Assembly (NCBI GenBank): GCA_001687465.1
Contig: LVLI01000004.1
Span: 1-46,691, forward strand
Origin: Halocafeteria seosinensis
Taxonomy: Eukaryota
DNA length: 46,691 nucleotides
Direction of reading: 5' to 3'
The position numbers and the translations under genes are program-made. The notes under the pieces are model-generated. The model ran no database searches and had not been told where the DNA came from. It saw only the letters and a list, made by a program, of their open reading frames with translations. The number at the start of each line of letters is the position of its first letter. The first letter of the stretch is position 1. Positions 36,801 to 46,691 of this stretch are shown here, piece by piece.

Positions 36801-39800
36801 CGCTCTCCAGGTTAGAATTAGTCTTACTCCAAACGTTCCTCTCCTTGAAACCGAGCCCCAGATCGCGATTCGACCGGGACCTGCCCACTATTCGCGTATT
36901 GAAACCATGGTTTCAAGCAACGGATCTCATCTAATTCTGGAACTCACTGGAAGGGATCGGCTAGGATACATCTGCCGCTCCGGAGCAGAGCTGGCTGAGC
37001 ATACTTCCTGTCGAATATTATACGATGACTCTGTCATTCATTTGGACAGCGAGATAGAGAGTGAGGAAAGAAGTATCGAAGACGAACTATGCAGTCTAAC
37101 AGTGGCTATCAAACCGTCAATTCCAGGCCCTTTTCGTCTTGAGGTACAACTTGCAGGACATTCTGTCCTAGCTTTTGCGGAGAGTCCAATTGTGCATGTC
37201 GGGAATCCAGCCAGTCCTACCACTTCATATTTACTTGCTCCAACTACCATCGGAAACATTCTTGAGGAATCATGTACGGATGTCCGCTTGTTAGATGAGA
37301 ATGGTTTGCCTGGAGTGGTATTAGAAAGTTCGTCATTGAGATTTCATGTGTCACATGTAGTCGAGCAGGAAGGACAAAGGGTTGAGAACGGAACTGTCAA
37401 TACCACGTCCAAGGTGGGTACCGTCTCTACGTGTTTCACTCCTCAAAACACGGGAATGTATGTCATTAGTGCCACCCTTGATGGAATTACTATCCCAACC
37501 TCCGCCGTAGGATACTCGGAAGAGATCAAGGAAATAGTTCCCGCATTGGAAGAGCATCACTTGCCACTACTAGTTGAAAGCAAGTGCTCCGTTCTTTGGA
37601 ATGTTTCGGAGATATCGTCGAACCCTGAGATTGTTTCGGAGCCAGATTCGTTTAAGAAGCAGTTTTTCACGAGGAATCAAACGACTAATCTAGCCTCAGT
37701 GATTTTGTACCTCCAGCTGATCGATGTATGCGGCGCGAGCAAGCTGCTCAGCGATGTGACCGAAGATGTAAACGCTTCGCTAGTAATGTCTTCGGGATCT
37801 CCATTGCAATCATTTTCTGTTTTCGACGCGTGCACTCAGTGGGGGAAGGAGTGGATCCGGTGCACGGTGGAGCTAAGTCACAGCAATGAGTCTCTGCAGA
37901 TAGGAGTGGAAATTGACGGCAATCAATTGGATGGCATTCTCGAATACGCAGAAATACCACCTGAGGTAATCTCCCTGAAGATGCTTTCTGGATCGAGTTC
38001 TCATTTCGTCAATATCACGTCTTCTGTGCGATTCTTATGGGTCTTTGACGATGGCACGGAAGGTGCCTGCTTCCACTGCAAAGTTCCGCCACAGATGTGG
38101 TTAACGCCAAAGGAAGAAGATGCCGATAGCAGTCAAATCTTTGCACCTGTAGAGATGGCAGATGATGGGTTCCTCGATGTCACCCTACGGTCTGCCAAGG
38201 TAGGGACCTTCTACATCGAGGCGACCATAGAGACAGGAACCCTCAGTAACCTAACGGAAGTTTCTTTCAGCAACGTAGACTGTGATTTAGACAAAACCTT
38301 TGCAGCGGGACAAGGGTTGATCCAGGCTTCCAGTTTTGGGCAAAGTGACGACAAGAACGAATTCAAAGTGTATTTCCAATCAAATTCGAGCATTCTCTCC
38401 GGATCGGAATGTGACTTGTCCTTCTCGGACGTCAAGGAGCGTGTTTGTGTCCTAATTGCCAACGCAACGAGCAAGGAGGTAAGTCTCTCAAGTTGTAATA
38501 GCTCGGCACTAGTTGCTATTGCATCGCAGAGTACCCTAGATATTTCTCCCGAGGAAGTTGGCTCGCTGGAGGTCAATGCTACATTGGGAACGCGGGAGGG
38601 TGGCATGGCTGCATCGTTTAGCTACTCTTCCAACACATTGAAGAAGGGAGGGTACTTCATTTCGCTATGGTTCCTTCGCCCGTTGGAGACTGAATGGAGA
38701 CCGATCACAGTTCTCCATCCGAGTTATCAGTTCGTGCCCGAGACGGATAGTGCAGTTTTGGCCGTTCAAAGTGGCTGTCCGATTCTCCAAGACTCCACAA
38801 TCAAAAGTGATTCTCCTGTGTCAAAGCCGGGCTTCATTATTGTCGATTCTACAAGGAACGTCCCCGTAGAGATTGTACTCCGCGATGGACACGGGCAGAG
38901 CGCTCCTCCATGTGGTGAGCAGAAGGCAAAGCCACTGCTCTTGCTGCACGTACACTGTACAGGCACCACGTCGGTTGGATACCCACGAGACCATGAATCA
39001 TTTTCGGGAGTTGTTAATGTACCATCGAGCTGCAATAACACCAAGCTAAGCGTCTGGTTTATGGGCTTGAACGAATCATTTAATCAAAGCAGCTGGACAC
39101 TCTCCGGAGATTCTGGCGAATTTTACGTGCTTACTGCCTCGAGTTCTACGTCATTTGAAGAATTTGTTACTCAGGGACTCGAAACAGGCTTCAGAGTGCC
39201 TACTGAAAAGATAGTCTTCCGGGCTCGAGAGGACACGCACACTCTTCAGAATGAAGACGACGAACTGGAAGTAATCTGGTGCTTGGTGGAGGCACCGGAT
39301 TTTCTGATTCAGAATGAAAGTAGGGAAGCTGAAAAAATCATCGCCATCGTCACGGCTGAGGTTACAGGTTACGAAACATTCTTGTCTGTCAGAACCATGG
39401 AAAACACGGGAAAATGTTCCACCTCATACGACACAAATGGCATAACTGATGTGGCGGTCAGAATCAACGCTACCTTCTTCGAACCCGAAACGTACATCAT
39501 CAATTTAAGCTATGAGAGCTTGCCAATAAGTCGAAAGTCTGAGTTACTCATACCGGAACGAAAGGTGAACTTATCAAATTCACTTTTGCAATTCGAGAAG
39601 AATGCTGTGGCGTACGATAGACTCCTGAATGTTTCTCTGACCCCGCGAGACCGAAAGGGATATCCGTCTTCATCACTGGAACAGAACACACTATGCTTGA
39701 GGCTTAACTTCACTGGAATCGACGGAGCCTTCTCGCAAGTTGTATACAGCAACTACACAAAGACCCAGATTACTGATTGTACCGATGCTACCTGTCTTGC

Positions 39801-42800
39801 CCGTTTTGACGCTCCGGCAATAGGAGTGTTTGATAGCACAGCGGAGTTACGGATGACAGACAGCAGTGCTGCCTGCGATTTGCTACATGAATTCGACGAA
39901 ACGAAAGACTTAGACCGACTCCACATTCTCCCCCCAGCAGAGCTTCCGGAATTAGAAGTATCCTTGAGTACTTCAGAGGCTGAAATTGCGGATCTCTTTG
40001 AAGTCACTGTCGGACAGCCAGCAAACTGGTTTCACTTCCCAGTTCTCACAACTGACGATTGCTTCAAAATGTTGGCTTCGGGAGCAGATGTCAAAAATGT
40101 AACGCAACCGGCAAGCCTGGCTGCAAAGTGCCAAGTGGTAATGCAAGTCACGAACAGCACAATGGAAGATACGTCTGAGGTCAAGATAACTACTACAGAT
40201 GAAGCGTTTGCATACACGCGTACTCTCGCCACCGAGAAGACTTCCGAAATTGACAAACTCGTCGTAGAAACACAGTCTATCAACGATCTGAATGAAACAG
40301 AAATAAGTTTCCAGCTTCTGGACAGATTTGGAAATTCTATTGCATGCTCAGACGGGGTCAGGAAGTGGTTTAGTTTAGGAGGACGATCAGGAGATTCAGA
40401 TGATGATATGATAACCAGTTCTTGCAATACAGCGACAGTAAACTCGACATTCTGCTCAGGATACGACCTAGCGATTGCACAAGGATATAAGACTTGGAGA
40501 TTTTCGCCACTCACAGTTGCAAAACCGTTGCAGTTAAACGGATCAAAATTTACATTGAACCAACTGAGTATGGGATCCGCTTCGGTAATCACAGAGTTGA
40601 CGAATGAGTCCGTACCGACGTTGCAAGCAGAGCTCAATTCCGTCACCGACGCAGAGATTGAATTTTTTTTCGAAGGAGACGTCACATGTGACAGTAACAT
40701 ACCGAAGAGTTTGCAGCTAGCGTTTGATCCGGTTGTATGCTCCTCCGGCCAGGCTTCGACGAACTGGGTCTCTTTTGTTGACTCCAACCTTCAGCCACAA
40801 TCCGAGTTACTAGAAGCGTGTGAAGAGCTCGTCATCGATGCAACGCTCGAATTGGTGGGGCCTGGGCGTTTGTACAAGGCAGTTGGGATCTCTCTGGAGG
40901 AATTGACCGCGAATACCTACACAGTCTCCACTGAAGTTGGAGGGGTCAATCGCACATTGCTGTACCTGACTTTGACAAATACCTCTGGTATCACGGCTGA
41001 CAGTATTAACACCCTGATGGTTCATCCCTTAGCAACAGAAGTTGATAGGTCGGAAATGAGCATTAGTATACCGGATCCGGCGACTACTCACTTTGAAGCA
41101 TCACTTCCGAATGCTCTCGGCTCTATCGTGAAAAGCGTAGAAACGGAGCTGATATGCGAAACTGAAATATCCGATCGAGTTTCCGCAGCATTGTCCTCTC
41201 CGACCACACTGTCTATCCAGGTCGATCGCCCCGATAACGCTTCGGAGTGCGATTTGTCCCTATCCCACAGTGGTACACTGATCGGTAAATTCTTGCTTAT
41301 TTTTCCCGAGGACATCAGCAGCGTCCGCGAGAGTGATTTTTCATTAAACGATAGTGGAAGGGTTATGCCGGGTTATGACACTCACGTAAGGGTAAAGAGA
41401 ATCCCAACTGAAGACTTTATGTTAGCAGCAACAGCACTTGAGGATACATTGGAGCAAGCTCTACCGTACAACGTAGAGGAAACATTTAGTGCAAGTAGCT
41501 TCAAACTCAGTATTCCAGTGCCGCTTGAGTTTTCCGATCGGATTACTTTCAGCGAGATTCGGAAACTCACCAAAACCGCCAACGAGACCGCCAGCGTACC
41601 GATATACCTCGACATGGATTCATCGACCATGGTGTATACGCTGTCAGCTGCTGCAAGAGACACATTTGACATCAAAGGGGCTCAAATCGACGCTCTTCAC
41701 ATCCGAAAAGAGACAGCCATCGACGCACATGATACAGATTACAGTCTCAAGTCTGTTGGTCCCTATTGTGGAGCTGCGGCTCCGATTGCGTGTCCTGACG
41801 GTTCCTGTGTTAAAGAAGGCGAGATATGCTCAAACGGTCTGAACTCTACTCAATGCTCCCGAGGGGATAAAATGCTTTGCCTTGCCACTGGAGGATGCTT
41901 ATCATCATCTGATTTCAACAACTGCCCGTGCCTAAACGACGGTACTCTAGTCCGCAGTGGCGATGGAGTTTGTCGATTGGACACACCGGAAATAAAGCGG
42001 ATCGGCAGTATCAGAAACTGTCCTAGAGGTCTTGGGCTATGCGACGATGGAGTTACATGCGCATGGCTATCGGATGTAGAGAAAATGTGTCCAGCCATGG
42101 TAGAAGAGTCAACTTTGGACGAGAACACTGTACGCAAGTCGTTAAATGGTACTCACTCAGGGCAGCCATCATTAGTGAATACAGTGACTTTATCTCGAGG
42201 GTCAATATGCCCACCAGGGTCACCAATTCTTTGCGCCGGTGGAAGTTGTGTGTCAGACTCCAAACATTGTTCGCACACTTTCGCAGGTAGTTGCCACTCG
42301 AATTCGTCGAATCTTGAACTAGCGACTTGCCTTGATGGGACTTGTAGGCAATCGGTAGACGACTGCCCTGAGTCAAACGGAGCCAACCTTGCAGTCAATG
42401 CCAAGGACATAACTGTATGCCCACAGTCTTACGTCCAATGCGCAGGCAGTAACGGTGTCGTAAGTTGTCGAAGGAACATTGACACCACTCACACGGACGT
42501 TACTAACCCTTGCATAGGCAACGAAGTAGAAATTGGCATCTCCAAGGCGTACGTAGTAGGCTCGACCACGTCTGATGAAGATGAAATGATACGTGCCACA
42601 TGTCCATCTCACAAAACTGAATGCCCTGGAAACGGAGCATGTGTTGATTCACCCTGGCATTGTAACACTCAGCCTAGCTGCCCTGATGAGCTACCATTCT
42701 ACTGCCCTGAGATGAATCGCTGTGTTCGGAACGTCGGACTCTGCGAAGCTATACTTCCAGTTTCAAGCGCATGCGGCGAAGGATGGATGCCGTGTCCTCT

Positions 42801-45800
42801 GGCAAGCGGACAAGCATCCGGAGTTTGTATTCCTGTTGAGCAAATTGATTCCTTAAGGGAGTTTCACTCAATTTGCAAATCGCTTGAAACAGCGGCTGGG
42901 CTTTACTCAACATGCCCTATCAATGCGCCAACACGATGTGCGGATGGGAACTGTGCACCCTCTAAGAGCGACTGCCACGGCTATGGAGACTTAGGAGACA
43001 AAGTGGAAGTTCAGTTATCGTGCCCCCCAGAGTTACCCGAAAAGTGCAAAGACGGAACATGCATGAAGTACCGACAACAATGTCTCTATCAACAGGCAGT
43101 CGATCGACAGTGTCCGAGATCACGTCCTTTCCAATGCAGACATGGAGGTTGTGTTCAAACCTCCGAAGACTGCCCGTCGTTTACCGATCAAGTAACGATA
43201 TGTGCCCCTGAGGAGGCCAAATGTCCATCTGGACGATGCATTCAAGATACAAGCTGGTGTGGATCTGGTCACAACGATGTAACCATGATGATTCTCTACG
43301 GCTGGATCAGTACCGATGATTTGGAGTCTCTTAAAATGCATAAAGATTTACTCAATATTCTCAATGAGCATCCTACCACCGAAACGCTCCTAATAGGAAA
43401 GGAAGCCCAGCGAGACGAGACGTCCATATTTTTGCCATATCTTCACGGCACAGAAGTATGCCGCTCCAGTAAATTTCCTCATAGGTGTGAATCCGGAATG
43501 TGCGTTCAAGGCCCTTCAGATTGTCCAACGTATCTTCTTTGCCCAATAGACACACCTGTACGGTGCTCGGATTTTAGTTGTGGCCACTCGTACCACGATT
43601 GCATCAGCAGGACCCAGACCGCGTTGCAAGATGGATATTCATCTTGGAAGAGGTACATCTATCATGAAACTGTCTGCCATCCGAAACTACCAATCAAATG
43701 CTGGGATGGAAGTTGTCATGCCCACCCCAATGACTGCCCTGTGTATCCGAGTTCAGGATGTTCGTGGAGGTGTAAAAGCGGAGGGCTATGTGTCGACGAT
43801 GCATCTCAATGTGTAACCGATGTCTTCGACGGAGCTCAGCTGAATTCATCAAGTCGCAGCAATTTGGCAATTACTGATGTAGTCGAATGCCCTGCAGATA
43901 CTCCGGTCTTGTGTGTAGACGGATCCTGCCAAAAAACCGCAAACAAGTGCCCTGACCTCTTTACGTGCCCTATCGGGACCGAGCAATGTGTGGATGGTTC
44001 TTGTACCATCCCTGGCGAATGTGAGGACGTCGCGTCGACCGATGAACTCGAGTGCCCCAAAGAAACTAGCTACAGGTGCACTAATGGGGGCTGCGCAGTT
44101 GATGCGGTGGCATGTAACGCAAGCGTATGCACGGCTGCTAATCCAGTGCGATGTGATGACGGACTTTGCGTGAAACATAGGTCTTACTGTGGTTCTAATG
44201 GGTTCCTATCAAGTGTACAGCAACTCATGTCAAAAACTGTTTGCAATGGTTCCTTGAGTAAGCTTTGCGCAGACGGCCAATGTGCTGACTCCGAATTATC
44301 ATGTACCTTCATTGATTCGTCTAGAAGGAAGGCTCTTGACTACCCCTGCCCCTCAGCTCTTCCACATCGTTGTTCTTCTGGAGAGTGTACACTGTCCGCA
44401 GGGACGTGTAGAAATAGCTCCACGGGTTGCCCAGCAGAATTACCTGAGCGATGCGAAAAGACAGGTGAATGCCTTAGCAAAATTACTGAGGATAATTGCC
44501 AGACAACGAAGAGTATAGAGTGTCCTAAGAGCAAACCATTTCGGTGCCATGACGCATCATGCAGCAGAGATACAGATGACTGCCCAAGTGTTACTCCACT
44601 CTCCTTTTTCTCCAAAGAGGCCATACCAAGCCTAGCAGCAGACAAGATCTCGGTCTTTAACTCCTCGGAGTCGATGTCCGATTCGGTGGAATGCCCGTCA
44701 GGCGCGACAACACTCACTGGAACCCAGTGTGGCAATCCATCACTCAGGCTTCCTAAAGTCAGTGCTTCCGAGACCGAGCCAATAAACGACTTCTCACTGG
44801 CACGCGAAGTTTGCAATAGTGGTCCTCATCGAGATCCGAGAAGCAAGACCACACATCGCTGTTTTGATGGCCGCTGCGAGCGATCCGCCCGGCTATGTCC
44901 TGCTCATATCGCACTGCGCAATACGTCCCTTCATCTTCAGTCAAGGATATACATTAATGAAGACAGGGCAAAATTAGTCAATTGGAGGGCATCCAGACTC
45001 GAAATAAATTCCTCTCGGTTCCGGGAACAACTCGCCGACGAGATTCCTCAATGCACTTCGGACAAACCGGTGCTTTGCCAAACACTGCAGAGCGACAGCA
45101 GTGCTGTGAACATTACAGGTATCGAATCAATTGACAAGTGGCTTTCTGGCTCGTCTTATACCTGCACAATCTCCATTGAACGATGCGTATGCGGGACAGA
45201 TGCAAGCTTGTGCACCGATGGTAGTTGTGCGCCATCGATGACTCAGTGCGACGTTGTGGACCAAGGTTGTGGGATCATGCAGAAACGATGTGCGGACGGT
45301 ACATGCTTAGATCTACGCCAGTCATGTACAGAAGAAATGCTAAGCCTTTCTGCTGCCTCCGAACGCGATCCACTGTATGTGTTTTCCAATTCATCTGTGG
45401 AAACGGTTCAGTGTCCCGACAGCAACTTATTCAGGTGGACGGACGGTTTATGCAGAAACACAAAGCAGGTATTTGACGCGTACTGTGACGCACTTGGAGC
45501 TATAAATTGCCCATCCGGCAAATGCATTCAACATTGGAAACAAATGGCCATCGACAGTATCATAGCTGAGTGTCGCGAAGACTGCCGCAACTCAACTATC
45601 CAGTGTTGGTCCGGCAAATGTGTAGAGGACTACAACTTTCTAGAGCAGTCTTTCAAATGCCCACGTTGCTCTCACGGTTGCGGGGAAGATATAGCACCAA
45701 GTTTAAAATTGGAGCGATCCCGAATGTCGTTCAAACTCGCACATATTGTCAAACAACGTGACGGACATATCACGACGTTTTCTCGCCAACAACTAGTTCG

Positions 45801-46691
45801 CGAGCAGCTCTTTTCGAATCCCATCAAAGCCGAGCAAATAGGAATAATCATACAGATCCATGAATCTACGGAGCTTAATCTCGTCGATGGAATATTAGCC
45901 AACGACCACTATATCCCACTAGTACAACTGAGCACGCGGCCAACGGAGCGAAGCAACAACGACGCAGAAGCAGCGAATATGCCACTGCAAATTTCTCTGC
46001 AGATGGCACACACATCTCAAAACTATACCCATGAGGGCCCGACAACCTGCGTACAAATAAACTCTACTCATTTCGAAAAGTCAACGCCTGCAACGAGACG
46101 ACCTAAGCTCGCCTTTAGCAAGCCACTGATCCTGAAACTACCCAGAGACGCGACGGATACAACGTCAAACGAGACATGCCTAGCGACTTGGGACAACGCA
46201 TGCAAGGTATGGCAGTGTATCACCCCCGATGAGTCAATTACTGCACTAAGGAGTCTCGAGGTATCCAGCAAAGAAGCGTACCAAACAATGCACTTCAACA
46301 GTTTAAGAGACGGGGACGAAGTCACAGTATCGACGGTAAACACCGATGAAACCTTTACAATCACCACACAAACAAACCCAAGTCCCTCACCCACACCGAC
46401 AACCACATCAACAGCAACACCAACAGCTACCCAAACCGCTAGCATCACACCATCAAATACAATGACCCAAACCCCTACCTCCAGTCTTACTGAAACTCCG
46501 ACATCAAGTCAAACGGCGTCGAATACCATGACTGGAACACCCAGTGTCACAGAAACTCCCACATCCAGTCAAACAGCTTCCAATACAAGGACCCAAACCC
46601 CTACCTCCAGTCTTACTGAAACTCCGACATCAAGTCNAACGGCGTCGAATACCATGACTGGAACACCCAGTGTCACAGAAACTCCCACATC
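24867..46691 (+). CDS. Giant secreted/cell-surface protein, at least ~7,230 aa, 3'-partial (Ig/filamin-like repeats, Cys-rich repeats, GPS-like motif, mucin-like stalk)
   Basis: Signal-peptide-like start MLNSLNHFILLCLVVTASVYP. Exons 24867-25055, 25118-25272 and 25341->46691. Frame +1 was stop-free in every stretch translated. The ORF track lists no frame +1 ORF after 25341, as expected if the frame never closes within the window. Confidence 0.9.
28860..41700 (+). repeat. Array of degenerate DxxGN-type Ig-like (filamin/invasin-like) domains
   Basis: Recurrent hydrophobic strand plus D-x-x-G-N: IADRFGNN, AKDKFGNG, LHDAGGN, VFDKFGNIP, CRDEYGNP, LRDAHGNP, LFDVFGNIP, CRDEFGNA, LQDLKGNN, LLDRFGNS. 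Confidence 0.7.
41767..45680 (+). repeat. About 30 Cys-rich repeats, consensus CPxxxPxxCxDGxCxxxxxxC
   Basis: Examples: CPPGSPILCAGGSCVSDSKHC, CPINAPTRCADGNCAPSKSDC, CPPELPEKCKDGTCMKYRQQC, CHPKLPIKCWDGSCHAHPNDC, CPADTPVLCVDGSCQKTANKC, CPKSKPFRCHDASCSRDTDDC. Confidence 0.88.
46465..46691 (+). repeat. 126-bp (42-aa) coding tandem repeat, Thr/Ser/Pro-rich mucin-like stalk, truncated by the window end
   Basis: 46465-46590 is repeated from 46591 essentially identically (one N). Unit TQTPTSSLTETPTSSQTASNTMTGTPSVTETPTSSQTASNTR. Confidence 0.9.

Noticed and set aside
25391..46448. Dozens of short ORFs on the minus strand and alternative plus frames (e.g. 40032..40787, 44340..44816)
   Set aside because: They are shadows of the giant frame +1 coding sequence, with no independent motifs.
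1..46691. tRNA, rRNA, CRISPR arrays or prokaryotic operon features
   Set aside because: None recognisable by eye. The spliceosomal introns indicate eukaryotic nuclear DNA. Small ncRNAs cannot be excluded without covariance-model searches.

Overview
Gene-dense eukaryotic (protist-like) genomic DNA, with short GT-AG introns mostly 57-90 nt long and the standard genetic code. Both ends hold giant cell-surface protein genes that the ORF track fragments or misses. (1) 1-6607(+) can be assembled into one 5'-partial gene of about 2,020 codons. It runs from a beta-rich ectodomain through EGF-like and TSP1 modules and a multipass membrane region. A disordered tail follows, spliced through eight consecutive phase-1 introns onto C-terminal ankyrin repeats. 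A single in-frame TAG sits inside the first EGF module. (2) 24867-46691(+) encodes a signal-peptide protein of at least ~7,230 aa, almost all in one >21-kb exon that runs off the window. It has DxxGN Ig/filamin-like repeats with a ~1,000-aa internal duplication, ~30 CPxxxPxxCxDGxC repeats, a degenerate GPS-like motif and a 126-bp Thr/Ser tandem repeat. Between the two genes lie a decayed mobile-DNA patch (Crypton-like fragment, 1,368-bp TA-flanked TIR element, GLUG-like pseudogene) and a PSP-domain ZCCHC8-like gene. There are also two tandem 4-TM paralogs with matching exon structure, an EF-hand gene, two hypothetical ORFs and a FabG/CBR4-like SDR. All gene models were derived by eye and domain names come from motif recognition, not database searches.
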